Assembly (NCBI RefSeq): GCF_000008665.1
Contig: NC_000917.1
Span: forward strand, 540,001-572,000
From: Archaeoglobus fulgidus DSM 4304
GTDB lineage: Archaea > Halobacteriota > Archaeoglobi > Archaeoglobales > Archaeoglobaceae
DNA: 32,000 nt
Direction: 5' to 3'
Below the pieces are notes generated by a model. That model was not told the DNA's origin and did not search any database. It worked only from the letters and a program-made list of their open reading frames with translations. Position 1 is the stretch's first letter, and the number at the start of each line of letters is the position of its first letter. Positions 24,133-32,000 of the stretch are shown here, in pieces. A program made the position numbers and the translations under genes.

Positions 24133-25155
24133 TTAAGGAGGAATGTGCTCGGGCGGTCTAATGGCTTTAAGCTTAATCGCCTCCTGCTCGCATCCAACAA
24201 CGCAGACCCCGCAGCCGAAGCACTTCTCCTCGTCAACCTTCGCAACGTCTTCGAGCGTTATGGCTTCAAAGGGACACCTTTCCTCGCAAACGCCGCAGGC
24301 TATGCACATGTCCTCGTCCACATAAGCAAGATACCTGCTCTTCTCCAGCAGGCTTTCAATTGGAACGTTGCCGTATTTTGCAGAGAGGAAGAACTCACAG
24401 CAGTCCTCGCAGCAGTTGCAGTTAACCGTCACCCTTCTGTCAACAATCTTGCCGGTGTTGGGCCATGTATGCACTAAACCATCCTCCTCAGCCTTCATTA
24501 TTATCTCTATTGCTTCATCTGCCGTTATCTCCCTTCCCGAACCTCTCGTGATGACGTACTCTGCCCCTCTACCAAACTGGATGCAGTGCCAGAGTGACAT
24601 CTCATCCGTATGCTTGCAGCCATCCCCTGCAAGATATGTGACGTTTCTGCAGGAGCACGGCACAACTGCAATCTTCTCCTGAGCTTTTATCATCTCAACG
24701 ATGTTCTCCTGCGGAAGCACGTCAGGCAGGTCCTTTATCGCCCCGTAAGCCGGAACAACTCTCCAGACCTTGAAGTCTGCCATTGCAAGCAGCTGCCCCA
24801 TTTTGGCGTGAGCCTCCTTTTCCCCGAACTCCTTCCACATTTTTGCATACTCGGGGTCTTTCATGTGGACAGAAGCGAGAGTGGCATCGTGAAGCTGAAC
24901 CAGATCCTTGGCAAACCTCCAGTAGTCCCTCTTCTGGAAATCCTTTGGAAAGACGACGCCCTTGAAGAAGAGATTCTCAAGGATTTCCTTAACTCTCTCC
25001 GCATCCATTCCAAGCTTCTCAGCAACCTCTTCAGCAGTTCCGGGCAGTGCAGCAGCTACTTTCGCCTCCTCCTCGTTCATCAGATACTCCAGTATCCTCC
25101 TGAGCCTTTCCGAGTCGGGAAAGCCCAACCTTGCCATCAATATTTCGTAGCTCAT
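24133..25155 (-). CDS. 4Fe-4S dicluster domain protein (function unknown)
   Basis: 340-aa ORF. The C-terminus has CIACGVCEERCP and CFGCGVCVVGCE ferredoxin motifs, with additional Cys clusters (CSC, CNCCEDCC). The N-terminus is helical and HTH-like. Confidence 0.75.
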   Translation of the reverse strand: MSYEILMARLGFPDSERLRRILEYLMNEEEAKVAAALPGTAEEVAEKLGMDAERVKEILENLFFKGVVFPKDFQKRDYWRFAKDLVQLHDATLASVHMKDPEYAKMWKEFGEKEAHAKMGQLLAMADFKVWRVVPAYGAIKDLPDVLPQENIVEMIKAQEKIAVVPCSCRNVTYLAGDGCKHTDEMSLWHCIQFGRGAEYVITRGSGREITADEAIEIIMKAEEDGLVHTWPNTGKIVDRRVTVNCNCCEDCCEFFLSAKYGNVPIESLLEKSRYLAYVDEDMCIACGVCEERCPFEAITLEDVAKVDEEKCFGCGVCVVGCEQEAIKLKAIRPPEHIPP

Positions 25156-25176
25156 GAAAAAAATTAGTCAAGTTTT

Positions 25177-25188
25177 ACTATTTAAATC
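25177..25188 (-). promoter_or_regulatory. TATA-like box for the 4Fe-4S protein gene
   Basis: tatttaaat at 25179-25187 lies ~28 nt upstream of the ATG at 25155, directly after the leuB stop. Confidence 0.35.
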
Positions 25189-26168
25189 TAATCCAAAAGG
25201 GATGCAACTTCGTTGGCAAACTCCATAGTTTTGAGGTTACCTCCCAAATCCGGAGTCTTCTTCCCCTCCTTAATGGTCTTCTCAACAGCTTCCTCAACCT
25301 TCTTGGCCTCCTCAACATAGCCGAAGTGGCGGAGCATCATGCAGGCTGTGAGAATCATGGCAGTTGGATTTGCAATTCCCTTTCCAGCGATGTCGAAGGC
25401 AGCACCATGTACCGGCTCGAAAATGGCCGTCCTCTCCCCAACATTGGCTGAGGGGGCAAGACCAAGTCCTCCAACGAGGCCTGCAGCTAAGTCAGAGACG
25501 ATATCACCAAACATGTTTGTCGTAACGATTACATCGAAGCGGAAGGGGTCCATAACGAGGTACATGCAAGCTGCATCGATGTAGTAGTCATTGTACTGAA
25601 TTTCGGGATAATCTTTCGCAACTTCTCTGCACACATCCCTAAATAGCCCGCATGTTTTCTTCATAACATTGGCTTTGTGCAGGGCTGTAACCTTCTTCCT
25701 GCCCTCCCTTTTAGCCAGCTCAAAAGCATACCTCGCAATTCTCTCGGAAGCCTCTCTCGTAATCACTCTGATGGCTTCAGTAACGTCCCCGAAGCCGAAC
25801 TCGAAGCCCATGTAAAGGCACTCTGTGTTTTCCCTCACCACAACAATGTCTAAGCCGGGATAGAGGCATTCAATGCCCTCAATTGCCTTCGCTGGCCTGA
25901 CGTTGGCAAAGGTTCCGAGCTCCCTTCTCAGCCTCACTATGACATCTGCCGCCGTTTCCCCGGCGGCACCGAAAAGCACCGCATCGCTCTTCCTGCAAGC
26001 TTCCAGCGTCTCATCAGGCAGAGCTTTTCCGTACTTCTCCAGAGCCTCATCTCCAGCATCGTAGTAGCTGTATTCAAAGGGCAGGTCGAGCTTCTCGAGA
26101 ATTAGCATCGCAGCCTCCATAACCTCCTTGCCTATGCCGTCTCCGGGGATTACCACAATTTTCTTCAT
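25188..26168 (-). CDS. leuB: 3-isopropylmalate dehydrogenase (isocitrate/isopropylmalate DH family)
   Basis: 326-aa ORF with the family signature [25 protein letters not shown]. It is linked to leuD by a 4-nt overlap. Substrate assignment rests on that linkage. Confidence 0.85.
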   Translation of the reverse strand: MKKIVVIPGDGIGKEVMEAAMLILEKLDLPFEYSYYDAGDEALEKYGKALPDETLEACRKSDAVLFGAAGETAADVIVRLRRELGTFANVRPAKAIEGIECLYPGLDIVVVRENTECLYMGFEFGFGDVTEAIRVITREASERIARYAFELAKREGRKKVTALHKANVMKKTCGLFRDVCREVAKDYPEIQYNDYYIDAACMYLVMDPFRFDVIVTTNMFGDIVSDLAAGLVGGLGLAPSANVGERTAIFEPVHGAAFDIAGKGIANPTAMILTACMMLRHFGYVEEAKKVEEAVEKTIKEGKKTPDLGGNLKTMEFANEVASLLD

Positions 26169-26650
26169 GCCCTCTCCCTCAAACTCTTTGCAAACTCAAC
26201 CAGCCCGCCCTTTTCCAGAATCTCCTTCAGGAAATCGGGCAGTGGGTTGATTGGATACTCCTCACCCTTTGTTTTGTTGTAAATCACGCCCTTCTCGTAA
26301 TCAACTTCCAGCTCGTCTCCGTCTTCAATCTTGTCCGTCTCCTTGCACTCAAGAACTCTCAGACCGATGTTGATGGCATTCCTGAAGAAAATTCTGGCGT
26401 AGGATTTTGCAATGACAGCCTCAATTCCCGTAGCCTTCAAAGCGAGAGGGGCGTGCTCTCTGCTGCTCCCACAGCCGAAATTCTCTCCAGCAACAACGAA
26501 ATCTCCCTTCTTAACCTCCTTGGCGAATTCGGGGCGAAGATTCTCAAAAACATGCTTTGCGAGCTCCTCAGGCTCATTGATTACCAGATACTTTCCCTGT
26601 ATGATGACGTCCGTGTCTATGTCATCTCCGAACTTCCAGGCTCTTCCCAT
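26165..26650 (-). CDS. leuD: 3-isopropylmalate dehydratase small subunit (aconitase swivel-domain family)
   Basis: 161-aa ORF with the [14 protein letters not shown] motif. Confidence 0.85.
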   Translation of the reverse strand: MGRAWKFGDDIDTDVIIQGKYLVINEPEELAKHVFENLRPEFAKEVKKGDFVVAGENFGCGSSREHAPLALKATGIEAVIAKSYARIFFRNAINIGLRVLECKETDKIEDGDELEVDYEKGVIYNKTKGEEYPINPLPDFLKEILEKGGLVEFAKSLRERA

Positions 26651-26681
26651 GAGCTAAGTAGGGGCGGAATTAAAAAAGGTT

Positions 26682-27275
26682 TCAGATGAAGTGGCTGGGG
26701 CTGAGAATTGTTACTATCACAGCAGTCACAACACCGGCGAGAAACATCCTGAAACCACTCACGAACACGTTGAACTTTGCCGACTTCCCCATTACCGCTC
26801 CGAGAATGAAGAGACTAGCGAATCCTATCGCAACAGCCATTACGAAGGCTTCCTCAAGCGGGAGGAAAGCATAAGGAATTAATGGCAGGATTGCGCCGAT
26901 AATTGGAGCTATTCCATGGATGATCGATGAAACGTAAGCCGCAAAGCGATGGGCTCGGTCAATTGTTGATTCTCTTGAGTTCACGAGCAGAGCTTTCTCT
27001 TTTTGATCCTTCATTATCTTCTGCTCTATCCTCTCCGCCTCGAACGCGCCCCATGAACTCGAAATGCCCAGCGCCAAAGCAGTTGCAACACCAGCCGTGA
27101 TAACCAACCTTGCCGAAATCTCGCCAGAAAGGTGAGAACCAATTATGAGACCCAGAATTGTCAAAACGCCATCAAAAAACCCTATGATAAAGTAACGCCT
27201 CGAAACCGAGGCGATATCGGTCATTTCGCTGTAAAGCTTAATTCTCTCCCTGATCTCCTGGAGTTTAATCTTCAT
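26682..27275 (-). CDS. VIT1/CCC1-family (DUF125) membrane protein
   Basis: 197-aa ORF: FFDGVLTILGLIIG... It has a central amphipathic ERIEQKIMKD segment and a C-terminal TM cluster. Confidence 0.65.
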   Translation of the reverse strand: MKIKLQEIRERIKLYSEMTDIASVSRRYFIIGFFDGVLTILGLIIGSHLSGEISARLVITAGVATALALGISSSWGAFEAERIEQKIMKDQKEKALLVNSRESTIDRAHRFAAYVSSIIHGIAPIIGAILPLIPYAFLPLEEAFVMAVAIGFASLFILGAVMGKSAKFNVFVSGFRMFLAGVVTAVIVTILSPSHFI

Positions 27276-27688
27276 CGAACCTGGTCTAAAATCTCGTCAA
27301 TATCAAGATTCATTGAAGTCAACATTTTTTTTGCTCGTGTGTAAGAAACGGGGTCAAATTCCTCATTTTTTGCCTTTCTGACGAGTGACTCAAATTCCTT
27401 TTCGCCCAGCGTCTCCTTTAAAAGCTCGACGAAGTCGTACTTTCCGAGAACCTCAACGCTCTGATGCGACACAAAGGAGTGGGAGTTAAAAATCATTGCC
27501 TTGTGCTTCCAGCACTTCTCACATTCAGAGACGAGAATTTTCTCGGAATCCCTGGTAAACCAGAACCTCTGGTACATCACTCCTCCGCACTCGCAAAATC
27601 CACCGAAAAGCTGCTCTTCCACTTCTTCTCCACTAACTCCGACTCCGTCTATTATGAGCTTTTTAAGAGGCTCTACCAGCTTTATCAT
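27272..27688 (-). CDS. Hypothetical protein with a CxC...CxxC zinc-ribbon-like motif
   Basis: 138-aa ORF with FCECGG...SECEKCW. It has a 4-nt overlap with the downstream gene. Confidence 0.55.
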   Translation of the reverse strand: MIKLVEPLKKLIIDGVGVSGEEVEEQLFGGFCECGGVMYQRFWFTRDSEKILVSECEKCWKHKAMIFNSHSFVSHQSVEVLGKYDFVELLKETLGEKEFESLVRKAKNEEFDPVSYTRAKKMLTSMNLDIDEILDQVR

Positions 27689-27690
27689 AA

Positions 27691-27924
27691 TCAGACTGGC
27701 ACGACCTTCTTTACTTCAGGAACCTTGGCTCTGAGGTATCTCTCGACGAAGGAGGTCAGTGTAATCATCGACATCGGGCAACCACCGCATGCGCCAAGAA
27801 GCTGAACTTTGACGGTTCCAGAACCTTCATCAACGTCGACGACCGCTATGTTTCCCCCATCCCTCATCAAGGCCGGTCTTATGTCTTTTTCAACAACTTC
27901 TTCAACTTTCTCTCTTAACGACAT
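27691..27924 (-). CDS. NifU-like C-terminal domain protein (Fe-S cluster assembly)
   Basis: 77-aa ORF: IRPALMRDGGNIAVVDV..VKVQLLGACGGCPMS. Confidence 0.85.
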   Translation of the reverse strand: MSLREKVEEVVEKDIRPALMRDGGNIAVVDVDEGSGTVKVQLLGACGGCPMSMITLTSFVERYLRAKVPEVKKVVPV

Positions 27925-28004
27925 AAAATCTCTTCCCTTGACGGAAATAATAAGCTTTTTGGTTTGAAAGAGGAGGAGTACACAAACAAAAATTGGAGGG
28001 ATTT

Positions 28005-31000
28005 CTAACCCCTCAGCCTTTTTATTCCTATTTTAACCTTCTTTCCCTCAATATTCCACTCTCTAACGTACCCCTCTGCTTTGCCGAAAACCAGCTTCTG
28101 TGACCTCGTCTCGCTCTTTATGTAGTCTTCCCAGCCTTTGACGAGCTCGGCATCCATCTCCACTGTCGTTTCAATGAACTCCTCGACGTCGAGGTCGAGC
28201 TCCTTTCTCATCTCCTGAATTCTCCTAATAACCTCTCTGGCAAATGCCTCCCTCACAAGCTCATCGTCGAGCTCCTTGTAGATGTAAACCACTCCTCCTG
28301 AAAACTCTGCATACTCGTATCCTTCAGGCAGCCTGTAGTCCACAACTATGGCCTGCTTGGGGTCAAGCTCCACACCATCGAAAACGAGCTTTTCGGGAAT
28401 CTCCTTAAGCGATGCCACGTACTTCGCAAATTCCCCAGCCTTTTCTTTGAGCAACGGGCCGATGTACTTGTAGTTCGGCTTGATTTCAATCTCCTTCTCA
28501 AAGCTGTCAACCACTCTAACCTGCTTAACGTTGCACTGGCTCAAAATTGTCTCCTCAAGCATCTCCACAGCCTTTCTTACCTTCTCGCTGCCCGACTCTA
28601 TAACAAGCTCCCTCAAAGGCCACCTCAGCTTCCTCTTTGCCTTGTTCCTTGCATTGGCTGCAGCCTCTACAATCTCCTTCGCAACCTTCATTGCTGCCTC
28701 AAGCTCGCCATCAATCATCTCAACCTCAGCAGTGGAATACTCCTCCATGAAAATGGACTCCTCCCCCTCCCTGAACTCCTTTACAACGTGCTGGTAGAAC
28801 CACTCCGCAATGAGCGGGGCGAAGGGGGCTATAGCTCTCAAAGACCTGTCAATCACCCTGAACATCGTGTAGTAGGCTGCGAGCTTCGATGGGGAATCCC
28901 TCTCCTCCCACACTCTCGGCCTGATAATCTGGATGTACCACCTGCTGAAGTCCTCAACGAAGAAGTCAAAGAAGGCTCTGACAACTCTGTGGACCTGATA
29001 GCCTTCCATGGCCTCGTTAGCCTCCTTTATAAAGCTCTCAAGCCTTGATAGAATCCACCTGTCCTCAATCTTAAGCTCTCCCTTCTCGCCAAAGCTGTAA
29101 TTATCAAGGCTCATGTAGGTGTGGGCAAATCTGACAGCATTCCACACGACGTTGAGCATTCTGTTTATGTTCCTCGCCTCCTCCCAGCTGAACCTCAGGT
29201 CCTCCCAGGGAGCGGAGTAGAGGACGTAGAGCCTGAAGCCGTCAACGCCAATCTGGCCAACAACCTCCTCGGGCTCAACAACGTTGCCGAGGCTCTTGCT
29301 CATCTTCCTTCCCTGCTCGTCAAGTGTGAAGCCGTGCATCAAAACAGCTTTGTAGGGGGCTTTATCAAAGCAAACAACTGAAGTGCCAAGCTGGGAGTAG
29401 AACCATCCCCTCGTCTGGTCGTGCCCTTCTGTGATAAAATCTGCGGGCCAAAGCTCCTCGAATTTGTCCTTTCTGAGTGGATAAGCAATACTCCCCCAGC
29501 TCGCCACACCACTGTCGAACCAGACATCAAAGACATCTGGAACTCTCCTCATTACCCCTCCGCACTGACAGCTGAACGTTACGGCGTCAATTTTGGGTCT
29601 GTGCAAATCGAGGTCGTTTTCCCACTCTATCTCGTTAATGCTGCCGACAACCTTCATCTCTCCGCACTTTTCGCAAATCCAGACAGGAATGGGGATGCCC
29701 CAGTAGCGTTGCCTGCTTATGCACCAGTCCTTGGCGTTGCTGACCCAGTCCTTGAACCTCGCACTTCCCGCCCACTCGGGAATCCACATTACCTTGTCTA
29801 TTTCCTCCAGCATCTCATCCTTCAGCTCTGAAATCTTGATGAACCACTGCTCCGTTGCTCTGTAAATGATTGGCGTCTTGCAGCGCCAGCAGTGGCCGTA
29901 GCGGTGAACAATTCTCTCCTCAGCCAGCAGCAAATCCTTGCGGTAGAGGTCGTCAATGATGTCGTCATTGGCCTCCTTCACGTGCTTTCCTGCGTATTTG
30001 CCTGCCTCCTCAGTGTAAACCCCCCTGTCGTCAACGGGATTGAAAACCTCCAGTCCCTTCTCCACTCCAAGCTCATAGTCCTCAACACCGTGCCCCGGAG
30101 CAATGTGGACACAGCCCGTGTTTTCAGCAGTGACGAAGTCAGCAAAGAAAACCTGATGCTTCCAGTTCTTCTGCAACGGCACTTCATCGGCAAGGGGGTG
30201 CTCGTACTCCAGACCCTCTAAATCCTCTCCGAGGTAGGTTTCAACCACCTCCCAGCTGTCGTAGTCTCCCTTTCCCAATACGGAGTCGGCAAGCTCCTTT
30301 GCGAGGATTAAATATTCAACCTTCCCGTCCTTAACCGCCCTGAACTTTGCGTACTCAAGTGATGGATGAACGGCAACGGCCATGTTGGCTGGAAGTGTCC
30401 AGGGCGTGGTGGTCCAGATGACGATGTAGGTGTCCTTCTCCCCCTTTACGGGGAACTTGACGTAGATTGAGGGGTCCTCCTCATCCCAGTACTCCACCTC
30501 AGCATCAGCCAGTGCCGTTTCACAGCGGTGGCACCAGTTAACAACCATCTTCTTCCTCTCAAGCAGCCCCCTCTCGTGAGCCCTCTTGATCGCAAACCAC
30601 GCAGCGTTCATGTACTCAGCCTTGATGGTCATGTAGGGATTCTCCCAGTCCATCCAGACTGCGAGGCTCTTGAACTGCTCCGTCATGGCGTCTTTGTTGG
30701 CCAGAGCGTAGTTCATGCACCTCTCGATGAACTTATCAATTCCAAAACTCTCAATGTCCCTCTTTGTTCTGAATCCAAGCTCCTGCTCCACCTTAACTTC
30801 AATTGGCAAACCATGCATGTCCCAGCCCGGAGTGTCTGTGGGAGCAAAGCCCATCATCCTCTTGTAGCGCAGAATGGTATCCTTCAGAACTTTATTCCAC
30901 GCAGTTCCCAGATGAATCCTTCCTGTTGTGTAGGGTGGGCCATCAACGAAGTAAAACTTTCTTCCACCTTTCTCCTTAACTTTTCTGTAGATGTCATTAT

Positions 31001-31061
31001 CCTCCCAGAACTTGAAAATTTCAGATTCCACATCCTTCGGTGAGTATTTAGCGGGAAGCAT
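28005..31061 (-). CDS. ileS: Isoleucine--tRNA ligase
   Basis: 1018-aa ORF with HIGH-type (PYTTGRIHLGTAW) and KMSKS motifs, a CP1 editing insertion, and Zn-binding CxxC pairs. Confidence 0.97.
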   Translation of the reverse strand: MLPAKYSPKDVESEIFKFWEDNDIYRKVKEKGGRKFYFVDGPPYTTGRIHLGTAWNKVLKDTILRYKRMMGFAPTDTPGWDMHGLPIEVKVEQELGFRTKRDIESFGIDKFIERCMNYALANKDAMTEQFKSLAVWMDWENPYMTIKAEYMNAAWFAIKRAHERGLLERKKMVVNWCHRCETALADAEVEYWDEEDPSIYVKFPVKGEKDTYIVIWTTTPWTLPANMAVAVHPSLEYAKFRAVKDGKVEYLILAKELADSVLGKGDYDSWEVVETYLGEDLEGLEYEHPLADEVPLQKNWKHQVFFADFVTAENTGCVHIAPGHGVEDYELGVEKGLEVFNPVDDRGVYTEEAGKYAGKHVKEANDDIIDDLYRKDLLLAEERIVHRYGHCWRCKTPIIYRATEQWFIKISELKDEMLEEIDKVMWIPEWAGSARFKDWVSNAKDWCISRQRYWGIPIPVWICEKCGEMKVVGSINEIEWENDLDLHRPKIDAVTFSCQCGGVMRRVPDVFDVWFDSGVASWGSIAYPLRKDKFEELWPADFITEGHDQTRGWFYSQLGTSVVCFDKAPYKAVLMHGFTLDEQGRKMSKSLGNVVEPEEVVGQIGVDGFRLYVLYSAPWEDLRFSWEEARNINRMLNVVWNAVRFAHTYMSLDNYSFGEKGELKIEDRWILSRLESFIKEANEAMEGYQVHRVVRAFFDFFVEDFSRWYIQIIRPRVWEERDSPSKLAAYYTMFRVIDRSLRAIAPFAPLIAEWFYQHVVKEFREGEESIFMEEYSTAEVEMIDGELEAAMKVAKEIVEAAANARNKAKRKLRWPLRELVIESGSEKVRKAVEMLEETILSQCNVKQVRVVDSFEKEIEIKPNYKYIGPLLKEKAGEFAKYVASLKEIPEKLVFDGVELDPKQAIVVDYRLPEGYEYAEFSGGVVYIYKELDDELVREAFAREVIRRIQEMRKELDLDVEEFIETTVEMDAELVKGWEDYIKSETRSQKLVFGKAEGYVREWNIEGKKVKIGIKRLRG

Positions 31062-31234
31062 GAAACCTGAACAGCCGGTGGATTAAAAAAGTTATCAGCT
31101 TTCCTTTCCGGAATTTTGACATGCAAAAGCATATACCATCATGGTGGGGCAGCAAAAATTAGGAGGGATAGTAGGCTGAAAAATAAGGGTTTACATGACA
31201 ATTAAAGTTTAATACCTTCCCTCACTCTCCCTCC

Positions 31235-32000
31235 ATGGACGCTGTAATCTATGGCTTCGGGCCGATAGGAAGGCTGATTGCTGAATGCTGTGCCAAGAGA
31301 GGAATAAACGTCGTTGGAGCTGTTGACATCAATCCAGAGCTGAAGGGGAGGAAGTTGAGTGAATTCGGAATTCAGTCTGACGGCGTAATCAGCGACAGGC
31401 TGGAATTTGAAGGAGACGTTGCCTTCCTCTGCACTGGCTCCTACCTCGACAGAGTTTATCCCCAAATCGAGGAGTGCCTGAGAAAAGGATTCAACGTTAT
31501 AAGCACCTGCGAAACCCTCAGCTATCCCGGCTATCGCTATCCTGAGCTTGCTGAAAAAATCAACAGCCTTGCGGTCGAGAATGGAAAAACTGTCCTTGGA
31601 ACGGGCATAAACCCCGGCTTCCTCCTTGATGCGCTGGTGGTTTTCCTCTCCGCCCCCTTCACGGAAGTTGAGAGGATAAAGGCTGTAAGGTGCATTGATA
31701 CGTTGAAGAGGAGAGAGCCCTTCCAGAAGAAGGTGGGAATTGGCCTGAAACTTGAGGATGCAGAGGAGAAGCTTGAGAAGGGGGAGATTACCGGGCATGT
31801 TGGCTATGCGGAGTCTGTGCTTCTAATCAGTGAGGCCCTTAACTTCTCTCCTGACGAGGTAAGGGAGGGGCAGAAATTTGTGCATGATAGCGGAGAGGTT
31901 CTTGGAGCCATAGGCTACGGAAGTGCTTTGAAAAATGGGGAGGAGAAGATAAGGATTGAATTCCACGCCTACGCCAATGCAGAAGAATACGAGAGAATTG
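31235..32000 (+). CDS. DapB-related NAD(P)-binding oxidoreductase (COG3804-like), 3' end outside the window
   Basis: The frame is open from the ATG at 31235 to the window end: MDAVIYGFGPIGRLIAE (GxGxxG)...GTGINPGFLLD...GHVGYAESV. It is absent from the ORF track because it has no stop. The 198-aa minus ORF 31202-31798 is its antisense shadow. Confidence 0.75.
   Translation, partial: MDAVIYGFGPIGRLIAECCAKRGINVVGAVDINPELKGRKLSEFGIQSDGVISDRLEFEGDVAFLCTGSYLDRVYPQIEECLRKGFNVISTCETLSYPGYRYPELAEKINSLAVENGKTVLGTGINPGFLLDALVVFLSAPFTEVERIKAVRCIDTLKRREPFQKKVGIGLKLEDAEEKLEKGEITGHVGYAESVLLISEALNFSPDEVREGQKFVHDSGEVLGAIGYGSALKNGEEKIRIEFHAYANAEEYERI

Noticed and set aside
18293-31043. Many 60-185-aa ORFs antisense to rnhB, srp54, lig, dtdA, the AIM24-like gene, the 4Fe-4S gene, leuB, leuD, the VIT1-like gene and ileS (for example 24610-25167, 30528-31043, 19010-19554, 20492-20818)
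   Set aside because: They are typical shadow ORFs of G+C-richer coding regions. They are Ser/Leu/Pro/Arg-rich, have no motifs, and each is fully contained in a strongly supported gene on the other strand.
31202-31798. 198-aa minus-strand ORF in the track
   Set aside because: It is antisense to a much better plus-strand reading frame (31235 to beyond 32000) that has a Rossmann GxGxxG N-terminus and DapB-like motifs. Its own translation is low-complexity with no motifs.
1-32000. CRISPR arrays, rRNA genes, IS elements, integrases
   Set aside because: Scanning by eye found no regularly spaced direct repeats, no rRNA-like conserved blocks, and no transposase or integrase-like ORFs on either strand.

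Overview
The window splits into two parts at about 17.7-17.9 kb. No BLAST or HMM search was possible, so every family call rests on motifs I read in the translations.

Left part (1 to ~17.7 kb): an AT-rich accessory locus. Lines I counted by hand are about one third G+C. It encodes surface-glycan biosynthesis, almost entirely on the minus strand:
- four GT4 glycosyltransferases, a GT2 and a GT2-like enzyme
- a 12-TM GT-C/PMT-like transferase and a GtrA-like protein
- an FkbM methyltransferase and two unrelated sulfotransferases

Interleaved with these are at least six toxin-antitoxin-type loci (VapBC, MNT, DUF433/DUF5615-like, and an RHH + retropepsin-like protease pair). This part carries a very high load of broken genes. 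I reconstructed about 15 frameshifted, stop-interrupted or truncated genes by reading alternative frames.

Right part (~17.9-32 kb): about one half G+C, with uninterrupted housekeeping genes. These are tRNA-Gln(UUG), RNase HII, SRP54, ATP-dependent DNA ligase, a SpoIIM-like membrane protein, archaeal D-aminoacyl-tRNA deacylase, an AIM24/TIGR00266-like protein, a 4Fe-4S protein, LeuB, LeuD, a VIT1-like protein, a NifU-like protein, IleRS, and a DapB-related oxidoreductase that runs off the window.

The gene content, TATA-like boxes ~25-30 nt upstream of start codons, and an A1:U72 tRNA-Gln without encoded CCA indicate a euryarchaeal chromosome. From memory the gene set resembles Archaeoglobus, but I cannot verify that here. 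I saw no CRISPR array, rRNA, transposase or integrase.

The most interesting candidate is the intact, overlapping RHH + clan-AA aspartyl-protease gene pair at 11483-12176. It sits among TA loci in which all four PIN toxins are inactivated.
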